Source of the DNA: Histomonas meleagridis 2922-C6/04-290x
Taxonomy: Eukaryota > Protista > Parabasalia
Direction of reading: 5' to 3'
Length of the DNA: 64,000 nucleotides
NCBI GenBank assembly: GCA_020184695.1
Contig: JAANOX010000083.1
Span: 62,001-126,000, forward strand
Positions 22,881 to 34,453 of this stretch are shown here, one piece after another. The number at the start of each line of letters is the position of its first letter. The stretch's first letter is position 1. The notes under the pieces were generated by a model, which worked only from the letters and a program-made list of their open reading frames with translations, ran no database searches and was not told the DNA's origin. Made by a program: the position numbers and the translations under genes.

Positions 22881-23583
22881 TTTCATGTTTAAAAATTATT
22901 TTTATCTATCGAAATACATCTAATAGTGGAAATTATATAATTAAATAAAACAACACTTGTGAAGGAATCTAAAATGAACCAAATTGATATTATTCTTTTA
23001 CTTGCAAACAAAATTATATCAAAAACTGCTTGTACTGATATTCAAAAATCTCAAATTATAATAATTTATTAAATAAGTATCCTACTTCATGAAGTATTAT
23101 AACATACATAAAATAAAATTCACTATGTTAATTATCAATGATGTTGATAATAGAAATTACGCATGCAAAACGTTTTCCTTCCTTAATTTCAAAAAGGATC
23201 TTTGTAAATAAAGTAATTTAAAAAAAATATGAATATGTTTTTAAAATGATTAAAACAATTTCTCTACAACAAGATTGACCTCTCAATAGTAAACATTTAC
23301 TTACATTTTTTCTAATAATTTTTTATATATTTAAAAATCATATGCACATGAAAATATATAAATATAACAAATACAAATATCTTTTTTTCTGTAAACATTA
23401 TTTTGATTTTTAATTTTACTATGAAATATAAGCTATATTCATCGCTTGTTTTTTTAATCTTTTTTATTTGCGTAATATTTTAAATTGATTTCTGATTGGA
23501 TTTCCATAAATTTTTCTCTTGGTCTCATTAAACCTTTTTTAGAAAATGATTCAAAAATTGTTTATATCGAAAAGTGCCGCTTT

Positions 23584-23603
23584 AACGGTTATGGTCAGCC
23601 TTT
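23584..23603 (+). promoter_or_regulatory. M3-like (AACGGTT) + M5-like (CCTTT) core promoter of RPS13
   Basis: AACGGTT at 23584-23590 and CCTTT at 23599-23603, 6 nt before the ATG; resembles the T. vaginalis M3/M5 arrangement. Confidence 0.6.
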
Positions 23604-23609
23604 GGAAAA

Positions 23610-24066
23610 ATGGGACGTCTTCATTCCCCAGGAAAAGGTATTTCAGGTTCAACAATTCCTTACCGCAGAACAGCTCCACATTGGCTCCAACTTTCAGGAG
23701 AAAATGTTGTCCAACTTATTTGTGACTATGCAAAGAAAGGAATCAGACCATTACAAATTGGTGAAAAACTTCGTGATAGCCACGGTGTTGGTCAAGTTCG
23801 TGCAGTTACAGGTAATAAGGTTCTTCGTATTCTTAAAGCCAACGGCTTAGCACCAGCTCTTCCAGAAGAATTATACTATTTAATCAAGAAAGCAGTCAAT
23901 GTTCGTAAAGCATCTTGAAAGGTCCAGCCATGATATTGATGGCAAGTACCGCCTTATCCTCATTGAAAGTCGCATTCATCGTCTTGCACGTTATTACAAG
24001 TCAAGGCGCATCATTGCACCAAACTGGAAATACAATGCCCAAACAGCATCTGCTATTACAGCATAA
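23610..24066 (+). CDS. RPS13: 40S ribosomal protein S13 (uS15) with a single +1 frameshift
   Basis: [20 protein letters not shown] then [21 protein letters not shown] in the next frame; removing one A at 23907-23909 gives 151 aa. Confidence 0.93.
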
Positions 24067-24333
24067 ACGACCATTAATGTTTTTATTTTTAGCAAAAGTT
24101 TTGGACAGGAATTAACCCCTTGTTTATGAAACGATTATTTTTCATACAAAAACCCAAAGCAAAAACTGCCGCGGTCATAGCCGATAGGGAGATTTTGGTT
24201 CTCAAATTTCCGATCAAACCGTTTGGCTAAATGATATAAAACCCGCCAAAAATAAAATATTCAAACAAAAGCTGATTATTTCACAGGTTGTAAAGTAAAT
24301 ACTTTTTGAATAAAAATTTATGGTTGACATACT

Positions 24334-24339
24334 TCACTT
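24334..24339 (+). promoter_or_regulatory. Initiator (Inr) TCACTT of polyubiquitin
   Basis: TCACTT 6 nt before the ATG. Confidence 0.65.
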
Positions 24340-24345
24340 TAGTAG

Positions 24346-25035
24346 ATGCAAATCTTCGTCAAGACCCTCACTGGCAAGCACATCACCCTTGAAGTTGAGC
24401 CAACCGACCGTATCGAGGATGTCAAGTCCAAGATCCAAGACAAGGAAGGTATCCCACCAGATCAACAACGTCTTATCTTTGCTGGTAAGCAACTTGAAGA
24501 TGGAAACACACTCCAAGATTATTCCATCCAAAAGGATTCCACCCTTCACTTAGTTCTTCGTCTTCGTGGTGGTATGCAAATCTTCGTCAAGACCCTCACT
24601 GGCAAGCACATCACCCTTGAAGTTGAACCAACTGATCGTATTGAGGATGTCAAGTCCAAGATCCAAGACAAGGAAGGTATCCCACCAGATCAACAACGTC
24701 TTATCTTTGCTGGTAAGCAACTTGAAGATGGAAACACACTCCAAGATTATTCCATCCAAAAGGATTCCACCCTTCACTTAGTTCTTCGTCTTCGTGGTGG
24801 TATGCAAATCTTCGTCAAGACCCTTACTGGCAAGCACATCACCCTTGAAGTTGAACCAACCGACCGTATCGAGGATGTCAAGTCCAAGATTCAAGACAAG
24901 GAAGGTATCCCACCAGATCAACAACGTCTTATCTTTGCTGGTAAGCAACTTGAAGATGGAAACACACTCCAAGATTATTCCATCCAAAAGGATTCCACCC
25001 TTCACTTAGTTCTTCGTCTTCGTGGAGGCCTTTAA
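24346..25035 (+). CDS. Polyubiquitin, three identical 76-aa units plus terminal Leu
   Basis: [17 protein letters not shown] x3, 228-nt tandem repeat. Confidence 0.99.
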   Translation: MQIFVKTLTGKHITLEVEPTDRIEDVKSKIQDKEGIPPDQQRLIFAGKQLEDGNTLQDYSIQKDSTLHLVLRLRGGMQIFVKTLTGKHITLEVEPTDRIEDVKSKIQDKEGIPPDQQRLIFAGKQLEDGNTLQDYSIQKDSTLHLVLRLRGGMQIFVKTLTGKHITLEVEPTDRIEDVKSKIQDKEGIPPDQQRLIFAGKQLEDGNTLQDYSIQKDSTLHLVLRLRGGL

Positions 25036-25685
25036 GTAGATTTTGATGAATAAAGGTCATCACATTGATTTAAATATTTTGAAGTTTTCATTCGTTTTGA
25101 TGGTCATCAAATTCATTTGCATATTTGCGGCTTTCTTTACAGAATTTAGTGAAATATAATTTTTGGTACATAATATGTGTTATGATAACAGATTGTTTAA
25201 GTGTGCTGTAAAGGGAATCTCTACGAATATCAAATGTCTTTATTTTTCTTTTATATCTTCTCATAATATATTTTACTGTTAAATGTATAATTCCAAAAAA
25301 AAATCCCTGAAAAAACCCAACAGAATGATTACTGATGATACAGAATTATGATGAACTTTTAGGGTATGGTTGAGAATTACAAAAGATAATTATTAGAAAA
25401 ACATATAAAATTTACCAACTTAGAGCGTTTTATTCATCCACCTTTAGAGTTGTCTTTTCAAAATATTTTCATCACATTTTCATTTTTACTTTGTCTAGTT
25501 TTTGCCCATAATTACTTATAACTAATGCATAGCACATCTTTGCTTATCATAGTAAGCAAATTCTTTCGTCAGTACTTAACAAAAATATTTTTTATTTCAT
25601 TGAAGACGTTAAATTCTTCAAACTTTTGTAATTACAAAACAAATTATAATTCAATTCATGGCAAAATTTGAACGTAATTTTTACT

Positions 25686-27575
25686 TTATAAATCCGAAGA
25701 AGACTCTTTCTTCGCGAATATTATTCCCTTCTTATGTAATATCACCACCGCTACAACTACTGCTGCCACCACAACTATTGCAATTACTATTCCTGCGATC
25801 ATTCCTCCGTTGTTACTTCCATCTCCTTCGCCAGCGTCATCGCCACCTCCTGTTTGCTCTCCACCAGTTGGATTCTCAGTCGCAGTCACTGTCACTGTTG
25901 GCTGATTCGTTCTTCCGCCTTCTGTTGGCTGTGTTGTTGCTGTGTGAGGCACTTGTGTGTTAGAATTTGTTTGCGGAGTAATTTGCGAATATTGAACACC
26001 ATTAACTTTTATGTTATCGATTCCATTTATTTCTTTGCATTCATTTCCATTCTGTGACGTACATATCACATTTATTGAATTATCACTTGTTATATCGATT
26101 TGTGGTATATTTTCTGTTGATACTTTAATTTGAATATTTGTTCCGTCAATATGAATTTCTTTTTGTTCGAAATTCGAATTTAATATTTTCGCATCACCAA
26201 CAATGATTCCATCATCAACAATTTCGATTTCATTGATACTTTCATCTTGTAATTTTATCGATTTACCAGTAACTCGTGTTTGTAACCCGCGTAATGATTG
26301 GACATCTGTCGTAAGTTGATTAGCGACATGAAGATTTCCATCTCGTCGTTCTCTATATGTTACACCACTCATTTCAACATTATATAAGTTAACTGTTGCA
26401 GTGCCCATAAAGCCAAGGTAAATGTTGATGAATTTTGTTGTTGTTGTTGAATCGCCGACTGGTTCTTCTGCTCCATTATAGAAGTATAAAATAGATTCAT
26501 CTTCGGATTTGATTACATGATTCTTTGTTCTAAGTGATGATGGAGCAATTTGTGCAATCTGTGTGTTACTATTCATTCTAACGAGACCAATGTTAACTGT
26601 GTCTCCTGTAACTTGATTATATACATTATTAAGATTGGCAGTTGTATGTATTTTACCATATTCAGCAGGACAGTATTGGTCTGGATCAGAATCTGCAGAT
26701 GCACATACATAATTGGGGAAACAATCAATCATATGGAACTCCCATTCAATGGTTTCGGTGGGAGAGGTGACAGTGACTTTGACGGTACTGCCTTCTTTGA
26801 TTTTCGTGATGTCGCTGATTTGGATTACAATTAGATATGAACTCTGATAACAAATAGAGGATGATAGAGCCGCACCATCACATGTAACAGATGCAGTAGC
26901 AGTGTCTAGTTTGCTATCATAATTGCTGGTGTGTAATGAAAAACGTGAGGAAAGAAGACGTAATGGAACTGGACCAGGTGGTGGATATGCAATATAAGGT
27001 TCGGAATACGAATTATTAGTAGCAGCCCCAGTGACATATTGAACAGTATACTTATCGTAAAAGCCAAGTGCACTTTGAATATATCGAGCACGGAATATGC
27101 CAGCACGATGACCAACATCATAATTGTTGTACTCAGATTCGCGGATGAAAAAATCAATGGCCGTTTGTGGAACAATACTACCCATATGGATATTAGATTG
27201 AGCAAGATATTCAATTGGTTCTTCGTCACAACATGTGGTACATGAGATTTGATGGCCAAATTGGTTATTGACGGACATTATCATTGCAGCCTTTTGTGCT
27301 TTAAGTTGAATCGTATCGCGTTCAAATGTAAGGGATCGAAGACCAACAAAGTTGCGATAAAAGTTAAGCCTACGTTCTGTATCATCAACAGCTTCTGGGT
27401 TCATCGTGCCAACATCACATGAACCAGCATTGGACGGAGCAATCCATGCCCAACTAGAATGTGCAATATATTGATTTTCCATCATTGAACATACTTCATC
27501 ATCGGTTCTGCTTTGAAGCTGTTGGAATAAAGGCGGAACCATCGAATAACAAAAGCAAGAAAGCAAAAAAAGCAT
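25686..27575 (-). CDS. CAP/SCP-domain type I membrane surface protein
   Basis: Short hydrophobic leader (ATG 27575), RLNFYRNFVGL, AQKAAM, GHQ, VGHRAGIF; T/P/G-rich stalk, TM helix, short tail. Confidence 0.8.
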   Translation of the reverse strand: MLFLLSCFCYSMVPPLFQQLQSRTDDEVCSMMENQYIAHSSWAWIAPSNAGSCDVGTMNPEAVDDTERRLNFYRNFVGLRSLTFERDTIQLKAQKAAMIMSVNNQFGHQISCTTCCDEEPIEYLAQSNIHMGSIVPQTAIDFFIRESEYNNYDVGHRAGIFRARYIQSALGFYDKYTVQYVTGAATNNSYSEPYIAYPPPGPVPLRLLSSRFSLHTSNYDSKLDTATASVTCDGAALSSSICYQSSYLIVIQISDITKIKEGSTVKVTVTSPTETIEWEFHMIDCFPNYVCASADSDPDQYCPAEYGKIHTTANLNNVYNQVTGDTVNIGLVRMNSNTQIAQIAPSSLRTKNHVIKSEDESILYFYNGAEEPVGDSTTTTKFINIYLGFMGTATVNLYNVEMSGVTYRERRDGNLHVANQLTTDVQSLRGLQTRVTGKSIKLQDESINEIEIVDDGIIVGDAKILNSNFEQKEIHIDGTNIQIKVSTENIPQIDITSDNSINVICTSQNGNECKEINGIDNIKVNGVQYSQITPQTNSNTQVPHTATTQPTEGGRTNQPTVTVTATENPTGGEQTGGGDDAGEGDGSNNGGMIAGIVIAIVVVAAVVVAVVILHKKGIIFAKKESSSDL

Positions 27576-29030
27576 TCTAAACTGGGAAAATTTGAACGAA
27601 ATAATTTTGTGTGAGATTCTGAGAAAACTCAGAATATTACCATTCAAAATTGAAACAAGCTAATTAGCTTAAATTAACCTACGCAACTGTAGCAGGTTTT
27701 CTGAACATATTTGGCTGTTGATAAATTACAACCTCACGAACAGAGCTCGCTTAAACTTCAAGAAACACATGCAATGCATCATTTATCATGATAAAATTTC
27801 AAGCTCCACGAAAATACAGTAAAAACCAAAAAATTCATTTGATGAGAAATCATCATTTAAAATCTAATAGGTTTTAAAAGATTAATCTTAAGATTAAACA
27901 ATAGGTGCCCACGTATTCATTTGAAAAGTTGTGTTTACATTTTGATTTACGATTTCAAATCATTGATTAAAATATGTTTCCCATTTTTATTGAACAAATA
28001 TATTTTACAAAGAAGGAAAGATCTTTACTACATTAAAAATTTATCCCTGATATAATATATGCTTTACGAAAAAGTTTAAAATATTTTGACAATTATAACT
28101 TTTTGCAAAAAGTTCCTACACTTTCCGGGAGATCAAATTCGATTCAATAAGTTATAATCGACAAAATATCGATAAACTTTTTAAATACTTTGTGGCAGAA
28201 TATTCAAAACAATTATCACTCGATTCGATTATAACGGTCGTTGAGATCTTGCAAGCAAATTTAATTAATTAAACTGAATTTCAGAGAAGTATGATTAAAA
28301 GCAACTTAAAAAGTTATTGATGTCAAAATATTTCATGAACTTCCCATGGGAAGTTAAATGAATCTATATAATATCTATATTTTATTAATTTCCATCAACA
28401 AAATCCTAATTAGAAACACTTGTTTTTTTAATTCTTGTTCTTCATATAATTATCACATTAAATGTGACAAAGATTTCGACATGAATATCCCCTATATATG
28501 CAAAAATAAAAAAAAAAAAACACTTTGCATTTGGACGTACATCCTGACCAACAAATACTTCTCTTCATGAAGTTTAGTTAGTGGTGAATACTGCTGAAGT
28601 TTAATGATAAAGACAAAGGCGAACTGTTAAAAAACACAAAGAAGAAAAGCAATTCATTATTAAATGTTAAAGTTCTATCAAAACTTTTTGGATAAATAAA
28701 AATGTTTTAGTATAGCCCAGAAAATTTTATATGTGAAGAAGAAAACTTTTAAAATGATTATTCCATAAGACTCCGACGCACTTAAATGCATTAACCTAAA
28801 ATTTGAATATTGATAAAAAAAAATTCCGGTCAACATACTCATTCGAAATTGAAAATTTTTTTAAAAAAGAATGATTGTCACTTTTTATATGAATTACAAG
28901 CATATTGAATTCCAGTTTTTGGCTTCAATGAGATTTCGGTTCATTCTGAAAATTCATTTGCTGGAAAAAGCCCATTCGTCCGTTAATAAAAAAATACCAT
29001 TTGCTTTGAAAATTAAATAATAAAAAATCT

Positions 29031-29609
29031 TTGCCAGTTTCAAACACGAATAATTCTTGTCCTTTATTTCATATGTTGGGCACCAAAAGCTCCCAGTCAG
29101 CGCAAATATATCAACAAGAAAATAATTCAAAGGAACAAAAGGCACATATATTTGTCTGTATACCTCAAACTGTTATTCTTAGATTTTTTGTATCTGCTAA
29201 TGCATATATAAGGGATCTCAATAGGTTTTTCCCTACTCTAGGAAATATGACTTTTATGTGTAACGGACAAATAATGAATCCGAATCATCAATTTGGATTT
29301 TATCAAATATCTGACGGAGATAAAATATTTGGAATTCCAGAAAATTCAAAAATTAGTAGTCAAATCAATGAATGGTTGGAGTTATCAAAAGATCAAGATC
29401 TCCTCGAACTGATAGAAAATCAAAAAGTAACAAAAAGAGAAATGTCAAGGCTTCTCGATCTTAGAATGTTCAAAAATGAGGCGAAAAAAAGAATTTTTAA
29501 AAAAAGAAAACCAATTAATTCGGATTCTATAAACGAAATTAAGATGAATACAATTATTACAACTCCTCCAACGGAAATTCCATGTACGCCATTACCTAGC
29601 ATTTTTTAA
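29031..29609 (+). CDS. Ubiquitin-like-domain protein
   Basis: FMCNGQIMNP..F.FY.I.DGD.I resembles a Ubl fold; PTEIPCTPLP tail. Confidence 0.6.
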   Translation: MPVSNTNNSCPLFHMLGTKSSQSAQIYQQENNSKEQKAHIFVCIPQTVILRFFVSANAYIRDLNRFFPTLGNMTFMCNGQIMNPNHQFGFYQISDGDKIFGIPENSKISSQINEWLELSKDQDLLELIENQKVTKREMSRLLDLRMFKNEAKKRIFKKRKPINSDSINEIKMNTIITTPPTEIPCTPLPSIF

Positions 29610-30309
29610 ACACATCCTTTCGTGTATTTAAAAAAAAACAAAAAAAAAGTAAATAAATAAAAAAAAAAAAAAACAATTTTTTTCATTTGCCGCCTTATTC
29701 CGTTTACTATTTTGTTTACTATTTTCGGTTCGTGTGGATTTTCACACAAAATATGCCACTTTGGTGTGGCATTTTTGATGGGACGTTGATCAAATTGTAT
29801 ACTTTATCAAAATATAAAACCATAAATAAAGTATACAATTCGTGAATATACGACCAAATAAATCAAAAAGTTGCCCGATTAAAAAAGTAGATACCATCAA
29901 AAGTGGCAAAACTTCTCAAAAAGTGGTATCGAGGAAATGCCGGTGATGAATTCTGAAATTTACATTTACCACTTTTGACGATGCTAGTGAAATAACAGAA
30001 AACATTTGGAATTGAAAAGATGCTGATAGAAATGGCCACCGTTTACATGGTTGATCAGCACAACTAATTTATTAATATAGAAATTTAATCATTTTATCCA
30101 TAACATTTAGGCTATTAATATAATCATATTGTTTCATGTTTCATTTTATCTCTCTCTTTCAAACATCTGTGATTCATTGAGCTAAATTTTTTGATGAGTT
30201 TTTGTTATCTCATTAGAAAGATAGTATTAGGGAAGTTTCTTTGATATATAATAAGCAACTTATTATGAATCTTTATAGATCATATTATTTATCTTTTTAC
30301 AAGAAACTT

Positions 30310-30751
30310 AATTGAAGTACGACAAATTATCTGAAATAGAAGAAGCAAACGAAAACTTCAAAGAAAAATTAATACAAACGCAAAACGAATTAAATGAATT
30401 AGACAACGAAATCAAACACAAGCTTAAGAAATTGGAGATCTTAAAACTGAAAACTACAAATTATCTGCAATAGAAGAAGAAACTTCAAAAGTCAAGGATC
30501 AAGTCGAGCAAACAGAAGCAGAAATAAAAGAATTACAAAAGTTGACCCAAGAAAAGGATCGTGATAAAGAACATTCGATTAAAATATTAGAATTGGAAGA
30601 AGAAACCAAAGCACTTGATGAAGGGTTGGGGGGAGGTGCCGGGGGGCTCGGTAGGTTTGAACAAGAAATTCAAAAGAACAAGAAATTGAAAATCTTCGAA
30701 ATTGAAGAATTAAAAGTAAAAGAAAACGAAAACAAAGAACTAAAAGTTTAA
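30310..30751 (+). pseudogene. Fragmented E/K-rich coiled-coil coding sequence
   Basis: GAA/AAA-rich heptad-like sequence broken over frames; last piece is ORF 30542-30751. Confidence 0.35.
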
Positions 30752-30857
30752 TAAAATAATTTTGATGTTTTATTCAAAAAAAAAAATATTATGATATGTT
30801 AGAACAACAAAATTATTATATATTGTTTTTTAAATAAATTTTCTTCATGACTATTCT

Positions 30858-32700
30858 TTAAATATTCATTTGGCTATTTGTTTCAACTCCTTTAAAATTT
30901 GATTCTTCTTCACTTTTTTTTTTTTTAATACAAATTAATGACATAGTGATTAATGAAACGATGGCAACTACACCAGCAGCAACTCCAACGCCAATGTAAA
31001 ATGCGATTTTTATAAAAATCGGTATAAGATGTGAAATAATTAGAATAAATTGTAGCAGTATAATCATAAGATATAATTGATATTGGGATATAAATAAATG
31101 TTGAATTAATTTCTGTCAAAATAAATGAATTTGTATATGAAGTGCAAATGCTTAATGATTGTGTATATGACAAAACATATGAAGTAACAAATGAATGTGA
31201 TAAAGAAAATGTATTTGTTTCAGTTGATGTGAAAATTTGTGTTGGCATTGGATTGCATCCAGTAATTGTTTCTTTGGTTATATTTAAATCTCCAAAAGTG
31301 TTTTGATAAGTTTTGTATACCATAACAGATTTTGCTAAAACACCACGAAAACAATTAACTCCAAAAGTTGGAGAAGTTTTCCCATAAAAATAAATACATT
31401 TTAGTGAAGTGCAATCATCAAATGCTTAATCTTCAATATTTTTCATATTTTCTCCAATGATAATAATTTCTAATTTCTTAAAAGAAGAAAAAGATTTTGA
31501 TTGAATATCTGTAACAGAATTTGGTATTATTAAACTTGTAAACATACACCCATGGAATGCAGAACTCTTTATAACATTTATACTTTTTCCAAATGTTATT
31601 GATGATAGATTAATGCACAATTCAAATGCATTTTCTCCAATCGAATTGACTGAATCTGGATTTTTTAATGTTGTATTTGTATTTCCGACCGGATAACTAA
31701 TGAGATTTGTAATTTTCTTATCAAACAAAATGTCATCATAATCAGAATAATTGAGATTTTTTTTGGAAACCTTTATATATCGAAGTTTTTCTCAACGACA
31801 AAATGGATTTGTTGATATTGATGAAACTGTACTTGAAATTGTAACATTTTTAAGGAAAAACAATAGTAAAACATAAAAGATCCAATTGTTTGGACACTTT
31901 CATCGAAAAGGACAGTTTGAATATTAGAACAACCAGAAAATACATACGACCCAATTTTTATAAGAGGACAATTAAGTGTTATATTTTTGAATAACGTGCA
32001 TTCTTGAAATGCATATGATTCGATAGTTGTTATGTTTTTTCCAAATAAAACATTTTCCAGGAAACATAACATGTATCAAACGCATATTCCCAAATTGAAA
32101 TGACTGAATCTGGTATTTTAAATGTTTTGAATACGTGTGCACTTGGATAACATATTCGTTTTGTAATATTTTTATCATATAAAATTCCATCAGAATCAGC
32201 ATAATTGGTATTTTCCTTGGAAACATTTATAAATTTAAGTTCGAAACAGACAATAAAAGAAGTTGATGATATTGTTGAAACTGTGCTTGAAATTGTAACG
32301 TTTTGAAGTTCAAAACAATTTCTAAACATTGAAGGTCCAATTGTTTGAACGCCCTCATCAAAAAACAGCTTTCAATTTTATACACTTCATAAATACACCA
32401 TGTCCAATTGTTGTAAGGGGACATTTAATTGTTAAATTTGTTTATACAATGCAATCCACAAATGCACATGTCCCAATATCTTTAATCCCATCCCCAAATA
32501 AAATATTTTTCAGTAAAATACATGAATCAAATGCATTTCCTCCAATAGAAGTTACTGAATTATTAATTATAACAGTCAGCAATGATTTCCATTCACTAAA
32601 AGCTTTACTTGGAATTGTAGTTATCCATCTGAAATGATGATATGTTTTGCTTTTGTATTGTTGTGTAAATTCACTTGCATTAGTAATAGTTAATGTTAAT
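30858..32700 (-). pseudogene. BspA-like (TpLRR) surface protein gene, multiply frameshifted
   Basis: Repeated xIPxSVTxIGxxAFxxCxxL units in ORFs 31426-32424, TAA in IED*AF, S/T-rich stalk, TM and KKKK tail in 30858-31067. Confidence 0.85.
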
Positions 32701-32912
32701 GTGTTTTCATCGAAAATTTGTGGCGAATGAACAAAAAAGAAAATAAAAAATATGAAAATATATTTGATATTTGTTTTTCGTTTGATTTGATGAGAATATA
32801 ATAGAAAATATTTTCTATGTGTTTTCCATCAGGAAATAACGTTTTTTTAATTGGCAACAAGAAATTGAATACTTTTGTATCGGCCCATTTCGTGGCCGTT
32901 AATAAGAAAGCA

Positions 32913-34244
32913 ATGGATTTCAAGAAAAGTTCCCTTCCTTCAACATTGCTTGAACTTATTGAAAATTCACAACCAAAAAAAGAGGGAAATGTAATTATGG
33001 AATCTCAAAATCCTATCGATTATTTGCTTCTTGAAAAAATTTTACAATCTGTTATTATATCTCCATCAGCAAATTCATGGGATTCTGTTAGAATTTCAAT
33101 CAATTCTTTGTCAGACCCACTACCAGAGAATAGTGCTAGAATTCTTCTTCAAGCTGCAAATGATTCGTTCTCATTAGCTTTTTCTAATGAACAATTTTTA
33201 TTCTCTCTCTTGGATGTTGTCTTTTATTGCATTGATGATTGCATTCCATTTGTTTTTTCAGAATCTGAACTTATTTTATTCCAAAAAATTGTTCAATGTT
33301 TATCTCCAGAATTGGAATTACGTTCTATACTTTTAATTACTGAAATATTTGATGTACTTTTGAAACAGATTAGGTCAAATCCAACACCACAAAATATTGA
33401 AGTTTTTGCTCTTCCCATTTACCAGCAAAAATTGTTTGTTTGTCTAGATTCGCAGAAGTGCTCAGGAACGCCAATTGTTTGCACAATGATATTTAGTAAT
33501 TTATACAATCTTATTGAATTGTTACCTCAGGATGAAAGGATAATCATTTCATTGATTAAATTCTTGATTAAATTCTTGATTAACTATGAAAATGATGGCT
33601 CAATAGATAAATCATTGAAGCTCCTTAACAAAATTGTGTTAATTTTTCCTCAATTATATTTGCATGTTGCTGAAAGTCTTCCAATATTGTTGGATAAATT
33701 TAAACGGACAGAATCATATAAAACTATCAAATATATTTGTAAAATTCTGAAACCCATTTTTGAAAACGAGCAGCCGTTAAATGCTGTATCATCTCTTAAC
33801 GTTCCCCAAATTCTCCTTCAAAAAATTCGATTTGCAAGGGGATCAAATGTTGCCTTGAATGCTATATTGGAAAGCATGGTCTCAATTTGCGACCATTCCA
33901 TTGAATGTTGTCGTAATTTCATAGAATTGGGAATATTCCAAGAAGGTGTAATGCCTATGGATTCATTTAAAGTTAATGTTGCTATGCTTCAAATCACGCG
34001 CGCTGCAATGGAATACAAGATTCTTCCAATGAATTCAAAGCCAATCGTAGAATTGGCAGTCTCCACATGCATCGAAAGTGATGATGATCAACTCTTATTG
34101 TTTACTTTGAATGTTTTGGCAGTGCTGTTCCAAAACTATTATACATTTGATGTTAGTGAGGCTATTGAAAGGCTAGCCTCAGAAAGTGAAAATGAAAATG
34201 TTTTCATGGGAGCTAATGTTTTGTATAAAATGATACATACATAA
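32913..34244 (+). CDS. ARM/HEAT-repeat-like hypothetical protein
   Basis: Long helical ORF (opens 32817, likely ATG 32913). Confidence 0.65.
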   Translation: MDFKKSSLPSTLLELIENSQPKKEGNVIMESQNPIDYLLLEKILQSVIISPSANSWDSVRISINSLSDPLPENSARILLQAANDSFSLAFSNEQFLFSLLDVVFYCIDDCIPFVFSESELILFQKIVQCLSPELELRSILLITEIFDVLLKQIRSNPTPQNIEVFALPIYQQKLFVCLDSQKCSGTPIVCTMIFSNLYNLIELLPQDERIIISLIKFLIKFLINYENDGSIDKSLKLLNKIVLIFPQLYLHVAESLPILLDKFKRTESYKTIKYICKILKPIFENEQPLNAVSSLNVPQILLQKIRFARGSNVALNAILESMVSICDHSIECCRNFIELGIFQEGVMPMDSFKVNVAMLQITRAAMEYKILPMNSKPIVELAVSTCIESDDDQLLLFTLNVLAVLFQNYYTFDVSEAIERLASESENENVFMGANVLYKMIHT

Positions 34245-34453
34245 TAAATCTGTAATTTACCTTAATATCTTTTTTATAATTCTCAAGTTCTTATGCAAAA
34301 TTATCCTTTAAATAATTATTCTTTTTCATCATATATTTTACTAAGCTAAAAATTGATTATAATAATCAGTTAAACAACTTTTTTAGAATCAAATGATCGT
34401 TCAAATAATTCAATGCGAAAGACATTTGATATGAAAAATCAATTCGCATTCAC

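Noticed and set aside
23485-24115. ORFs 23485-23850 and 23915-24115
   Set aside because: Alternative frames overlapping RPS13
24320-25009. Overlapping repeated ORFs on both strands around polyubiquitin
   Set aside because: Shadow frames of the 228-nt ubiquitin repeat
25955-25966. TCTAACACACAAG resembling the trichomonad intron 3' motif
   Set aside because: Lies in an open frame (SNTQV) of the CAP gene, does not match the motif exactly and has no matching donor
27650-28950. Possible eroded gene between the CAP and Ubl genes
   Set aside because: Only short broken frames with no recognisable motif
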